From assembly GCF_044357595.1 (NCBI RefSeq), contig NZ_JBIKPH010000001.1, forward strand, positions 29,863 through 93,862: a stretch of 64,000 bases of DNA. The letters run 5' to 3'. Source of the DNA: Sphingorhabdus sp. (GTDB lineage: Bacteria; Pseudomonadota; Alphaproteobacteria; Sphingomonadales; Sphingomonadaceae). How positions within the stretch are numbered: position 1 is the stretch's first letter; every line of letters starts with the position of its first letter. Below, in pieces: positions 26,903 through 37,253 of this stretch. The notes beneath the pieces were generated by a model that ran no database searches, was not told the origin of the DNA, and saw nothing but the letters and a program-made list of their open reading frames with translations. Position numbers and translations under genes: made by a program.

Positions 26903-28045
26903 TCAAAGTCCGTAGCGCGCAATGTATGTCGCAAATGCCTCGTTGATCGGGCCTTTTTCATCAATGGCCGCATAGTTATGGCCACCGTTTGATTTTGTGG
27001 CATTTTTTGTTGACCAAGCGAGTATCGCGGTTTCGGCTTCGGCCGAGAGTAGCAGGCCGAATTGGTGGTATATTTTGCGGACCACGCCGATTGGATCGCG
27101 GCGTATATCGGGCTGCATGACATTAACAAAGCGGTCCGGAAAGCGATCCTGCACCTTCATAGTGCGATGCATTGCTTCCGCCCAGAATGCGGTTTCGCGC
27201 GCAAGGCGAGCAGAACGATCAATTTCTTCGCCGGTATAAAGCCGAATTATATTAGCCAGAATGTTAACTAATGATGCTAGCGACGCCGCAGGATGGCGAT
27301 GCGTTTGAACCACGCAGGCATCAGGAAAGACCGCCATCATTGCTTCCACACCAAAGACATGGCTGGGGTTCTTCAACAGCCAACGCCGATCATCATTCAG
27401 TCCCACCAATCGCAACACATCTTTGTACCGCTTGAACGCAGCGGTTTCGTCGGCCTTCAATAGCCATTGGTCATATTGCGGAACATCCAGCTGGGATGGG
27501 AACCAGTTGCTTGTGAAATCTTGTGCCATCGGCATGAGACATTCATCAACCTCATCCGCCATCACGCCATGGGCCTGCATGACTTCTGGAGCGAAGTTGA
27601 TCATTTGCTTAACCGCCTTGGCGCTGGCCTGATATTGCGGATGTGCCTCCCATTCAGTTCGCGGAGGGCGCACTATCGGGGCGGCGGTAAGCCATTTCTC
27701 CATGCCTTGAAATTGCGGGTCCTGACTGAGCAGGTTATGCAAAGCGGTGGTGCCAGTTCGCGGCACACCAATGACAATCAGGGGAGCTACAATCTCGCGC
27801 AATTGGAACTTGGGGTTTGCTTGCCATTGCGCTTGGGTGTGCAGCCGTGCAGCGAGCGCGGAGACGATCAGGGATTCCGCCGTCGCGATTTTGCCGGGAC
27901 CTGCTGGTGGGTTGGTATCAAGCGCCAACAAAAGCGCTCTAAGCCCGTCCTCATAGGCAGTGTCGCCAAAATCTGCTAAGCCTGTCTGCGATCTTGCTGA
28001 TCCATGCAAGGCGTCGAAGCGTAATGTCCATTGCGGGTCAGTCAT
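26903..28045 (-). CDS. sulfotransferase family protein (PAPS-dependent type)
   Basis: IIGVPRTGTTALHNLL, RWLLKNPSH, FPDACVVQTHRHP. Confidence 0.88.
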   Translation of the reverse strand: MTDPQWTLRFDALHGSARSQTGLADFGDTAYEDGLRALLLALDTNPPAGPGKIATAESLIVSALAARLHTQAQWQANPKFQLREIVAPLIVIGVPRTGTTALHNLLSQDPQFQGMEKWLTAAPIVRPPRTEWEAHPQYQASAKAVKQMINFAPEVMQAHGVMADEVDECLMPMAQDFTSNWFPSQLDVPQYDQWLLKADETAAFKRYKDVLRLVGLNDDRRWLLKNPSHVFGVEAMMAVFPDACVVQTHRHPAASLASLVNILANIIRLYTGEEIDRSARLARETAFWAEAMHRTMKVQDRFPDRFVNVMQPDIRRDPIGVVRKIYHQFGLLLSAEAETAILAWSTKNATKSNGGHNYAAIDEKGPINEAFATYIARYGL

Positions 28046-28047
28046 CG

Positions 28048-29058
28048 TCAACCCCATGGATCGATCAAGAGCTTGCCGCCACCACCTTTGCCGCCGCGGA
28101 AGTTTTCGAAAGCAATCGGCGCTGCATCAAGCCCAACAATATCGGTTACCATGGCGCTCGCGGCGTCGCCATCGCGGTCCAGAGCATCGGCGCATGCTTG
28201 GTAATCCTCGCGCGTGTAGGTAATAGACCAACGAATAGTGACGTCTTTCATCAATGCCATCGCCGGCACGATGGTATCCGGCTGCATGCAAAAGCCCAAC
28301 GCGATGATCGTCCCTTGCGGCTTAACCAGATCAATTGCGCGGGAAAAGACGCCGGGTGTTCCTGCCGCTTCAAACACGAGGTCGGGTGTGCCGCCAAGTA
28401 CCGCATTTATTTCTTCGGCCGCGGCATCGCTTTCAATAACGAACGATGTTCCGCCTACCCCTGCCGCCAGCTTTTGCCTGCGGTTGCTCGTCGCAAGCAA
28501 AACTATGTTTTCCACTCCCCTCTGACGCAGCCAGAAAAGTACCGAAAGACCAATGGGGCCGGGGCCGATGATGAGGACACGTGCGTGGCGCCCTGGATTG
28601 GTCAAACGAACGGCGCGTGCACCTACTGCCAGCGGTTCGATTAAGGCCCCATCTGCAAGGCTAACCGTTTTCGGTAATTGGATAGCGCCGCGTTCATGCA
28701 CACGAGCATATTGCGCCAGTCCAGCACCATAGCCTTTCCAATGGCTGCACAATACGTCGATTCCGGTTTTACATGCCTCGCACTGACCGCAACCTACGAC
28801 AGGAATTGCGGCAATATTATCGCCGACTTTAAGGCGCTCTACATCCTTGCCCAGAGCAACAATTTCTCCGGCATATTCATGCCCAAGCTGGCTGTCAGCC
28901 GGAAGCTGCATGCCATGCCCGCTGGTGGAATGCAGATCGGTCCCACATACACCGCAATGCGAAACGCGGATAATCACCTCGCCCGCTTCAGGCTCGGGAT
29001 CTGGAAGGTTTTCCACAACAAGCGGCTCTCCTGCCGCCTTGAACAACAAGGCTTTCAT
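28048..29058 (-). CDS. zinc-dependent alcohol dehydrogenase
   Basis: CGVCGTDLH, LGHE, CGQCEAC...C, GPGPIG. Confidence 0.93.
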   Translation of the reverse strand: MKALLFKAAGEPLVVENLPDPEPEAGEVIIRVSHCGVCGTDLHSTSGHGMQLPADSQLGHEYAGEIVALGKDVERLKVGDNIAAIPVVGCGQCEACKTGIDVLCSHWKGYGAGLAQYARVHERGAIQLPKTVSLADGALIEPLAVGARAVRLTNPGRHARVLIIGPGPIGLSVLFWLRQRGVENIVLLATSNRRQKLAAGVGGTSFVIESDAAAEEINAVLGGTPDLVFEAAGTPGVFSRAIDLVKPQGTIIALGFCMQPDTIVPAMALMKDVTIRWSITYTREDYQACADALDRDGDAASAMVTDIVGLDAAPIAFENFRGGKGGGGKLLIDPWG

Positions 29059-29166
29059 GCATCTCTCTCCATATCAGCGCGGATGTCTTTCCAGTATTGA
29101 TGGTTGACTTAATGCTGCACCCACTGCTTGGTCAACCAGACTAAGCATAATTGGCTGAGCTTTATA

Positions 29167-29180
29167 CCCTCATTTGAGGG
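29167..29180. promoter_or_regulatory. candidate operator between the divergent ADH operon and LuxR-type regulator
   Basis: Palindrome CCCTCA-TT-TGAGGG. Confidence 0.4.
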
Positions 29181-29195
29181 CAAACCGGAGAAGGA

Positions 29196-30305
29196 ATGGC
29201 AGAACTGCTTGCCCCGCATGACGCGCTCTACGCTGCAATGGTCGAAGGTATCACATCTCATCCACCATGGACGGCGTTTACAGAAAATTTGCGAGATATG
29301 TTCGCAGCTACGCATGCAAACCTGATCTTTCGGACGAATGGTTCCAGTCAGGTTTTTATGGCGCAGTCGTCTAGTGCAGAAATAAAACAACATGGCGATC
29401 TGACCAAGCTCTACGATGCTACAACAGATCCGATCCCGTATTTTGAAATGCAGCCCTTCCGGTGTTACGAGATTGAGGATTTTCTTCACGGACAGAAAGC
29501 TGAAGAACACCCGTTCGTTAAGAACTTTCTTCGTCCCATCGGGATGGAGCAACTCTCGATCTGTCGCGTCAAAACTCCGAGTGGAATGCAAGCATGGCTC
29601 TCTGTCACGCGCTCTGGTTCCCATGGATTCTCTGCAATGGAGCACAGCAGCTTAACCGGGATTTCCCGGCACTTTGCCCTGGCGCTTGATCTATTTGGGC
29701 GTCTCCGAGAAGCTGAGGACGACCGCGACGCATATGCCCGGGTTGTTCATGCTGGGGCTTCTGGGATGGCTAGGCTCGACAAAGACGGAGAAGTAATTCA
29801 CGTCGATTCCATAGCACAGAGGTGGCTGGATGAAGGGCGCATTATTCGGATTTTTGCCAACCGTCTTAGTGCCGTTGATCCTTCGGACGAAGCAACTCTT
29901 AAAGAAGCGGTTTCGAGGATTATGACGGGCGAAGTTGACGAGGAGTTTCTCGTTTTGAAGGCCGGAAGCGAAGAAAGCTTGGAGGTTCTGCTTTTTAAAG
30001 TGAGTGAGCCATTTGAACCTGCTTGGACACATGTACCACGCGCAATAGCCTATATGCGCATGAAAGGGCAGGAATTGCTTCCTTCTCCTCATCGCTTGCG
30101 GGTCAAGTTCGGGTTGACACGGCGTGAAGCGGCCCTCGCAATCCTGATTGCCCGAGGGTTGACGATCGGCCAAGCCGCCGTAGATCTTGGTATTTCGGAG
30201 CAAACAGGCCGAGCCTATCTAAAGCAGATATTCCAGAAGGCTGGCATCAGCAGGCAATCGGAACTCATTCTTCACGTCCATGGCAGCATAGGCGCAGTTT
30301 GTTGA
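29196..30305 (+). CDS. LuxR-type HTH regulator with N-terminal sensor domain
   Basis: C-terminal FGLTRREAALA...AAVDLGISEQTGRAYLKQIFQKAGISRQSEL. Confidence 0.9.
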   Translation: MAELLAPHDALYAAMVEGITSHPPWTAFTENLRDMFAATHANLIFRTNGSSQVFMAQSSSAEIKQHGDLTKLYDATTDPIPYFEMQPFRCYEIEDFLHGQKAEEHPFVKNFLRPIGMEQLSICRVKTPSGMQAWLSVTRSGSHGFSAMEHSSLTGISRHFALALDLFGRLREAEDDRDAYARVVHAGASGMARLDKDGEVIHVDSIAQRWLDEGRIIRIFANRLSAVDPSDEATLKEAVSRIMTGEVDEEFLVLKAGSEESLEVLLFKVSEPFEPAWTHVPRAIAYMRMKGQELLPSPHRLRVKFGLTRREAALAILIARGLTIGQAAVDLGISEQTGRAYLKQIFQKAGISRQSELILHVHGSIGAVC

Positions 30306-30557
30306 TGAGCGATGCCGGCACCTGAGGAAGATTTTTACCTAACGAGGCCCTCTAGGGAATTTTGCCAGTAAGATTTGCTAATAGTTAAATTAATCATCTT
30401 AATGTTTTAGATATATTGCTTTAAAGGGCATAGAAAGTCGGGGCGTGTTAGGTTGCCCCTTTTTGTGGATTTGGATTGACCGAAAGCCTTTTTTTTGCCC
30501 ACTTATTTTTATGCGTCTGGGCGGTATATACTCAATAAACATGGAAAGCGTTGGTTT

Positions 30558-31511
30558 ATGAATAAACGTATCATCTCTGCTTTTGGATGGAGCTCAACGG
30601 CTGCCGAAGTTGCTACTGGATATGACCTGTCCGGCAAACGGGCAATCGTGACGGGTGCTACTAGCGGGTTGGGCATTGAAACTGCGCGCGTCTTGGCGGG
30701 CTGCGGGGCGCAGGTCGTTTTGGCGGGGCGTAACATCAGTGAAGCGAAGCCGCTTGTCGAAGAAATTACGGCAGCAGGCGGCAAGGCCTATGCGGTTGCG
30801 CTGGATCTGGCCGATCTGCGCTCTGTAGAAGCATTTGCTGCTACAGAGGGCGGCTTGCCGCTGCATCTACTTATCAACAATGCGGGCATAATGGCATGTC
30901 CATTTGGACTTACTAAACAAGGCTTTGAATTGCAGATAGGGGTCAATCATCTGGGCCACTTTCATCTCACGAAGGCGCTGCTTCCCGCGCTCAAGGCGGC
31001 AAACGGTTCGCGCGTGGTGTCTGTGTCGTCTTCTGGTCACCATTGGGGGGCTTTTGATTTCGATGATCCAAATTTTGAAAATGTAACCTATGATCCGTTA
31101 GTTGCTTATGGTCGCTCAAAGAGCGCCAACGCCTTGTTCGCGGTTGAATTGGATAGGCGTTATAACGCGGATGGAATCCGTGCCTTTTCCCTTATGCCAG
31201 GCGGCATTATGACCAATCTCGGCCGATCAATGACCGATGACGTCAGGACGAAACTGGGTGTAGACCCGGTGAGTGCAAAAAATATCCGCTGGAAAACAAT
31301 TGAGCAGGGCAGCGCAACCACGATCTGGGCGGCGCTGGGCCGGGAGCTTGACGGAACCGGTGGCCTATATCTCGAAGATGTTGCCGAGGCGGCGCCGAAC
31401 GAGCTTGGTATGCATGACGGCGTGAAACCTTGGGCTATTGATCCTGAGCTTGCCGCGCGACTTTGGGATTGGAGCGAAGCGGTGATTGCTAACTCAGTGA
31501 ACCCCGCTTGA
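30558..31511 (+). CDS. SDR oxidoreductase (retinol dehydrogenase-like)
   Basis: TGATSGLG, NNAGIMA, NHLGHF, YGRSK. Confidence 0.93.
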   Translation: MNKRIISAFGWSSTAAEVATGYDLSGKRAIVTGATSGLGIETARVLAGCGAQVVLAGRNISEAKPLVEEITAAGGKAYAVALDLADLRSVEAFAATEGGLPLHLLINNAGIMACPFGLTKQGFELQIGVNHLGHFHLTKALLPALKAANGSRVVSVSSSGHHWGAFDFDDPNFENVTYDPLVAYGRSKSANALFAVELDRRYNADGIRAFSLMPGGIMTNLGRSMTDDVRTKLGVDPVSAKNIRWKTIEQGSATTIWAALGRELDGTGGLYLEDVAEAAPNELGMHDGVKPWAIDPELAARLWDWSEAVIANSVNPA

Positions 31512-31544
31512 ATACTGATATGAGCATCAGAGAGGTAACAATTT

Positions 31545-32528
31545 ATGTTGCGTAAGGACATTCGGATCAACGTTGAACCTGCCGAAGCCAAAGGTGAAAA
31601 ACTTTTCGCAATGGTTACAGTTGTTACGCCCGATCCTGTATTGTTGGCTAGTAGGCCTTTGGTTTGGTTCGGTTGGCCTGGCGGAGGCTATAACCGGCAC
31701 TATTTCGATCTCCAACTGCCGGGTCGCTCGGGATATAGCGAAGCCGAGTTTCATGTGGGCAAGGGCTCTATCTTTGTAGCTTGCGATCATATTGGCGTGG
31801 GCGATTCTTCCATACCCGAAGGGGCCTTTAATCATTCGGACATTGCGCGCATTAACGCTGCCGTCGCTCGTTCCGTTTTGACGGGTCTGCGGGATGGCAG
31901 CTTGATGACCGAGTTGCCTGCAATTGATAATCCTTTCCCCGTTGCGATGGGCCAGTCCTATGGCGGGTTGCTGCTGACGCATTTGCAGGCAGAGCACGGC
32001 TTGTTCAAAGGCGTCGCAATGCTTGGCTGGAGTGGCATCTGCACAATGGTCAAAGATGTCAGCGGGCAGGGTAATGTCGCCCCTCCTGCTGAACTCGAGG
32101 GCACAGAAGCTTTGCGAGACGGCCTGAACCATCCTTATCGTCGTTCCTTTCATTTTGATGATGTTCCGGAAGATATCGTGGCGGAGGACCTGCTTGGATA
32201 TCCTGCACGCATCGGAGTGCCCGTGCCGGTCTGGGGCGCCTCGTTCATGCCGGGTGGCCCCAACTTTGCCCCTGAGCGCGGTCCGTTGGGCCCCGGCGTG
32301 GTTACCGATGAAGCCGCTGCGATCGATGTCCCCGTGTTCATTGGTAATGGCGAGATTGATGTGGCACCCGACCCACGTACCGAACCAGAGGCTTATCCAA
32401 TGTCATCCGACATCACGACTATGGTGCTGCCGCGTTCGTCGCACATGCATAATTTTGCGGGAACAAGGGAAATTTTATGGAAGCGGCTAGAAAATTGGGC
32501 AGTCGGCATTCGTGATAGCTGGGGTTAG
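31545..32528 (+). CDS. alpha/beta hydrolase
   Basis: PGGGY, DHIGVGDS, GQSYGG nucleophile elbow, C-terminal SHMHNF. Confidence 0.82.
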   Translation: MLRKDIRINVEPAEAKGEKLFAMVTVVTPDPVLLASRPLVWFGWPGGGYNRHYFDLQLPGRSGYSEAEFHVGKGSIFVACDHIGVGDSSIPEGAFNHSDIARINAAVARSVLTGLRDGSLMTELPAIDNPFPVAMGQSYGGLLLTHLQAEHGLFKGVAMLGWSGICTMVKDVSGQGNVAPPAELEGTEALRDGLNHPYRRSFHFDDVPEDIVAEDLLGYPARIGVPVPVWGASFMPGGPNFAPERGPLGPGVVTDEAAAIDVPVFIGNGEIDVAPDPRTEPEAYPMSSDITTMVLPRSSHMHNFAGTREILWKRLENWAVGIRDSWG

Positions 32529-32571
32529 GGTCACGCCTTCCATAAACTGAAAGCGTCTTTAGGTAAAAAGC

Positions 32572-33516
32572 ATGTCTACACTGCACCTCGTTGATCCTGA
32601 GTTGGTTCCCTTACTAGGTCTGTTTCCCAATATAGATCTTTCGCATGCGACGTTGGAGAAGGCGCGTGCCGAAAGTAATGCACTATCGGAAATGCACCCT
32701 CCGCCACCGATCGAACCAGTCCGTCATTTGGCGGCAGGGCGCGATGGTGCACCTTCGGTTCCAGTGCTAGTATTCAAGCCAGAAGGCGAAAAGCAGCGTC
32801 CGGCTATCCTGCATATTCATGGCGGCGGCATGGTGATGGGCTCGGCTTATGGCCTGCGCTCTGGACCATCCAGTTTTGCAGCCAAGCACGATGTTGTTAT
32901 CGTGTCTGTTGATTATCGGCTGGCGCCTGAAGCTCCGTTTCCCGGGCCGCAGGAAGATTGTTACGCAGCTCTTGAATGGCTGATGGCGGAGGCGGGGTCG
33001 CTTGGGGTTGATCCTGCACGCATCGCTGTCATGGGCGAAAGCGCGGGCGGCGGCCTTGCTGCCGCACTGGCGCAGATGGTCAGGGACCGGGGCGCTCACA
33101 ATTTATGCGCGCAAATATTGGTCTATCCGATGATCGACTATCGAACCGGAGGCAGCGACGACCCCTACAAAAACCCCAGTGTTGGTGAATTTGTCTGGAC
33201 GCGAGAGAAAAATCAGTTCGGTTGGACTTGCTTAAAGGGTGATTATGGGGTGGATGATGAGCGCGTTGGTTGGTTTTCGCCGTCGCTGGCGTCGGATCTT
33301 GCAGACTTGCCGCCTGCATACATTGCTACAGGAACACTCGACCTCTTCTTCGATGAGAGCCTGGATTATGCTCAACGGCTATGTCAGTCTGGCGTAAAAA
33401 CCGAGTTGCATAGCTACGCTGGTGGATTTCATGGCTTTAACTTTTTCACTGAAGCAGCTGTTTCTAAGGTTTTTGCCGCCAACCTTGATTCAGCCTTGGT
33501 GCGGCTCTTGGTTTAA
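32572..33516 (+). CDS. HSL-family esterase/lipase
   Basis: HGGG, DYRLAPE, GESAGG, GGFHGF. Confidence 0.93.
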   Translation: MSTLHLVDPELVPLLGLFPNIDLSHATLEKARAESNALSEMHPPPPIEPVRHLAAGRDGAPSVPVLVFKPEGEKQRPAILHIHGGGMVMGSAYGLRSGPSSFAAKHDVVIVSVDYRLAPEAPFPGPQEDCYAALEWLMAEAGSLGVDPARIAVMGESAGGGLAAALAQMVRDRGAHNLCAQILVYPMIDYRTGGSDDPYKNPSVGEFVWTREKNQFGWTCLKGDYGVDDERVGWFSPSLASDLADLPPAYIATGTLDLFFDESLDYAQRLCQSGVKTELHSYAGGFHGFNFFTEAAVSKVFAANLDSALVRLLV

Positions 33517-33529
33517 ACCTAGTACCCAG

Positions 33530-33909
33530 TTCCCCGATCGGCCAAGCCTTTGCTAAGCTCGCTCGCTTCCATAAGGTGAAGCCTGCTAAGATCAAAACAG
33601 TTTTATCACGGCCTGGATAGTTGCGGCAACCGGCGGCGCGAAGGCTGGGCTAGGCCGAAAATAATCCTATAGGAGAACGGGCAAATACGCGGAACAAAGA
33701 ACTGCGAAAGCCAGGCCTCCCAGTGCGCGCGTAAGCGGAAACAAGGCGAGAATGCCGATGATGATTTGCAGCCCACCTGTGGTATAATTGACCAAGTTTG
33801 TTTGCAAGAAAGAAGGCACGAGTGCTGCAAAATCGGCAGGCTTTGCAAAATGGGCAGCGCTGCCAGCGATAATCACAAATGCGACCAATAATGATAGCGC
33901 TATATTCAT
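33530..33909 (-). pseudogene. DoxX-like small membrane protein, interrupted
   Basis: MNIALSLLV...AHFAKPADFAALVP...YLPVLL*DYFRPSP: in-frame TAG at 33667-33669, with coding-like sequence continuing past it. The 3' limit is approximate. Confidence 0.5.
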
Positions 33910-33978
33910 TTGAATGTATCCGATTTTGCATGATATGTCAGCCAGTTGATTGGCCAACATGATGTGTTTTACCTCGCC

Positions 33979-34389
33979 TTAGCGCGTAGGAAATTTATCG
34001 AAGCTAGCAACACCGTCGGGTACAACGTGATAAGGCTTTTTCTCACAACAATAGACAGCCATGCTCGGCATATCGTAGACATTCTGATCGTCGAGGCTAC
34101 CCACTTTGATGAGCACTGCACCGACCATGCGCGGGCTTTTTGTGAGGATGTGTGTCCCACATGTCCCGCAGAATTCACGTGTTACTGAGCCTTCAAAATC
34201 ATCACGAGTGAACGCGCTCGGTTGTCCTGCAATATAGGTAAAACCAGCCGCTGGCATGCCCAAAATAACGTTAGCTCCACCGCCCGATATGTGTCGGCAT
34301 TCCCGGCAGAAACACATGCCTTTGGCTAGAAATTCGCCCGTCGCCTCGTAACGCAGTGCGCCACAATAGCATCCTCCAGTGACAATCAT
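33979..34389 (-). CDS. GFA / CENP-V family zinc protein
   Basis: GGCYCGALRY, CFCRECR, FCGTCGT. Confidence 0.92.
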   Translation of the reverse strand: MIVTGGCYCGALRYEATGEFLAKGMCFCRECRHISGGGANVILGMPAAGFTYIAGQPSAFTRDDFEGSVTREFCGTCGTHILTKSPRMVGAVLIKVGSLDDQNVYDMPSMAVYCCEKKPYHVVPDGVASFDKFPTR

Positions 34390-34462
34390 ATCAATCCATT
34401 TCTTATCAAAACTTTATACACTTAAAACTTACATCACTGAACGTTTGTGTCAACGACGACTG

Positions 34463-35245
34463 CTATTGGCTTCGACCTCTCGCTTGTACTTCCGCCCTAC
34501 GCGCTTCGACTTGGTCGGGACGTACTGCCGCGTTTCGAGCAGACGAAATCTCATGTTCGGTTTGAAGCCCTTCGCGCAGATTCGATGCATATCCATCATT
34601 GATCAGCGCCTTGTAATCGATCAAAAATACGGGATCGATGGACGCAATGTCAGTAGCCATTTTGCGGGCCAATGGCATAAGTTCTTCGGGTGCAACGACA
34701 TGGTTGACCAACCCCCAACGTTCCGCAGTTGACGCATCGAGAAAATTGCCGGTGAATGATAATTCTTTCGCTCTGCTCATACCTACAATGCGGGACAGTT
34801 TTTGAGATAGTCCCCAACCGGGCATTATACCTACACGGGCATGGGTATCGGCGAAGCGGGCATGCGTTGAAGCTATGAGGATATCGCAGGCAAGGGCAAG
34901 TTCAAACCCGCCAGTAATGGCCACACCGTTAATTGCGCCGATAAGGGGCTTGCGGCAAAGTTCGATGGCTTTCACCGGATTTTCATCAGCCCCTTGCGCA
35001 TTTGCTGCGCCCAGCGCCCCTTCAGTTGACCCTAATTCTTTGAGGTCAAGCCCAGCCGTAAAGGCGCGGTCACCCGATCCCGTCAAAATCACGACGCGCA
35101 CCGCTTCGTCGGCATCGAGCGCTTTGATCGCGTGGTAAAGGCTTGCCCTTAATGCAACAGACAAAGCGTTCATTGCATGGGGGCGATTGAGCGTGACGAC
35201 GGCTACGGCACCATCATATTCGATTTCGACGATATTTTCTGCCAT
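34463..35245 (-). CDS. enoyl-CoA hydratase family protein
   Basis: LNRPHAMNAL, AFTAGLDL, NGVAITGGFELALACD, FADTHARVG. Confidence 0.93.
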   Translation of the reverse strand: MAENIVEIEYDGAVAVVTLNRPHAMNALSVALRASLYHAIKALDADEAVRVVILTGSGDRAFTAGLDLKELGSTEGALGAANAQGADENPVKAIELCRKPLIGAINGVAITGGFELALACDILIASTHARFADTHARVGIMPGWGLSQKLSRIVGMSRAKELSFTGNFLDASTAERWGLVNHVVAPEELMPLARKMATDIASIDPVFLIDYKALINDGYASNLREGLQTEHEISSARNAAVRPDQVEARRAEVQARGRSQ

Positions 35246-35394
35246 GAATAACCTCCAGACGCCCGGTGTGTTTGCAAAAACTGCGCATTAATCCTGTATC
35301 CTATTATGATGTTTTTACGCTACAGACTTTTTGGCAGGTTGCGGCAAAATCTTTTGCAAGCAATCAAAAGTCACGACCAAAGAGGCAGGAAATC

Positions 35395-36555
35395 ATGCGC
35401 ACTTTTACAGAAGATCAAATCATGTTCCGCGATGCCTATCGCAAGTTTCTGGCAACTGAAATCGCTCCGTATATGGAAGAGTGGCGGGAAGCAGGCATTG
35501 TTGACCGCGCGGCTTACAAAAAAGCCGGTGATCTCGGTTTTCTTATGGTGTGGCCCGACGAAAAATATGGCGGCATGGGGGACAATGATTTCCGCTATGA
35601 ACAGATTATCATCGAAGAAACCGCCCGCGTAGGCTGCCTTGAATTCTTCAACACATTGCACAGCCGTCTAGTTGGTCCCTATTTCGAGCGATTTGGAACG
35701 CCCGAGCAGCGCGAGCGCTTCCTGCCTAAATGCGTCAGCGGTGAAACAATCTTGGCCGTAGCTATGACCGAGCCGGGGGCAGGATCAGATCTTGCCGGAA
35801 TTCGGACTACTGCTGAAGATAAGGGTGACCATTTCCTCCTGAATGGTTCGAAGACGTATATTTCCAACGGCATCAATGCCGATGTTGTGATCGTCGCCGC
35901 AAAGCAAGTTGGAGCGGACAGCAAACATGCCATGGTGCTTTTAATCGTTGAGCGGGGAATGCCGGGCTTTGAGCGCGGCCGTAAACTTAAGAAAATGGGC
36001 CTTCCAGCGCAGGATACAGCGGAGCTGTTCTTTAACAACGTAAAGGTGCCAAAGGCAAATGTCTTGGGCGAGCCCGGCAAGGGCTTTTATTATTTAATGG
36101 AAGGACTGGCCGAGGAACGCCTGATTGGCGCAGTTGGTTATATTGCAAACGCGCGCCGTGCATTCGACATTACGCGTGATTTTGTCATGCAGCGCAATCT
36201 ATTTGGTAAGGCGCTGTCGGAACAGCAAAACACGCAGTTTAAAATGGCCGAAATGGATTCTGAGATTGATATGGCGCAAGTTTATGTCGATCACTGTGTT
36301 ACCGAACATAATGCTGGTCGGTTAACATCGACAATGGGAGCAAAGGCGAAAATGCTGTGCTCAGAGATCGAATGGAAGATGCTTGACCTTGGTGTGCAAT
36401 TGCATGGCGGTGCCGGCTATATGGACGAATATCCGATCAGCAGGATGTTTACCGATGCCCGTATCAACAGGATCTATGCCGGAACCAGCGAAGTGATGCG
36501 GTTGATTATCGGGCGTGACGTATTCTCGCAGAAATATCAAAGCATGCTTGCTTAA
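35395..36555 (+). CDS. acyl-CoA dehydrogenase
   Basis: AMTEPGAGSD, NGSKTYISNG, QLHGGAGYM, RIYAGTSE. Confidence 0.95.
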   Translation: MRTFTEDQIMFRDAYRKFLATEIAPYMEEWREAGIVDRAAYKKAGDLGFLMVWPDEKYGGMGDNDFRYEQIIIEETARVGCLEFFNTLHSRLVGPYFERFGTPEQRERFLPKCVSGETILAVAMTEPGAGSDLAGIRTTAEDKGDHFLLNGSKTYISNGINADVVIVAAKQVGADSKHAMVLLIVERGMPGFERGRKLKKMGLPAQDTAELFFNNVKVPKANVLGEPGKGFYYLMEGLAEERLIGAVGYIANARRAFDITRDFVMQRNLFGKALSEQQNTQFKMAEMDSEIDMAQVYVDHCVTEHNAGRLTSTMGAKAKMLCSEIEWKMLDLGVQLHGGAGYMDEYPISRMFTDARINRIYAGTSEVMRLIIGRDVFSQKYQSMLA

Positions 36556-36608
36556 CGAAACTGAATAACTGCGGTTGCATGCTTAACGCCGTTTGGTAAT
36601 TAGGTGGT

Positions 36609-37253
36609 ATGGCCGTCCTTCTTACCGAAGCGCAATTATTTGATGTGCGTGATCGCATCCGCAGCATTGCCGAGCGCCAAATCGTCTCGCATGGGGTTAA
36701 CGCTGTTTCGCTTCGTTCTATCGCGAGCGAAATGGGTTGGACTGCAGCGTCGCTGTACCGCTATTTTACAAGCAAGGCCGAGCTACTTGATTCTGTGCGC
36801 GCGGTTGCAAACGATCGTTTTTCATCGGCAATTGAAGCAGCATATAACAGCAGCAGCGACCTGTGGCAGCGGTCGCGCGCAATTGGCGACGCCTATGTCA
36901 ATTTTGCTGAAACTGAGCCTGCAGCGTACCAGTTGATTTTTGCTTATGAACAAGAGGATGCGCACAAATCAGCGCAGCTAAAAACAGCCGAGTATCGGTC
37001 GAAAAAAACGCTCACGACTTATGTGCGCGATATGGTTTGCGAAGGCCTTTTAGAAGGGGATCCCGAACTTATTGCCCATGCGTGGTGGGCAGCAATGCAC
37101 GGGTTGGTGGTCCTCCGGATGTCCGGAAAACTCGACGATTCTCCATCGTTCGATGTGCTGCGCGACGCCGCTGTACGAATGGTAATGCGGGGAGTGCGAG
37201 CGGGAGGGCGGGATGATAAAGTATCTGTTGTCGTTGCGATATCAGCCGATTAA
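36609..37253 (+). CDS. TetR family regulator (WHG-type C-terminal domain)
   Basis: SLRSIASEMGWTAASLYRYF, WAAMHG. Confidence 0.92.
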   Translation: MAVLLTEAQLFDVRDRIRSIAERQIVSHGVNAVSLRSIASEMGWTAASLYRYFTSKAELLDSVRAVANDRFSSAIEAAYNSSSDLWQRSRAIGDAYVNFAETEPAAYQLIFAYEQEDAHKSAQLKTAEYRSKKTLTTYVRDMVCEGLLEGDPELIAHAWWAAMHGLVVLRMSGKLDDSPSFDVLRDAAVRMVMRGVRAGGRDDKVSVVVAISAD

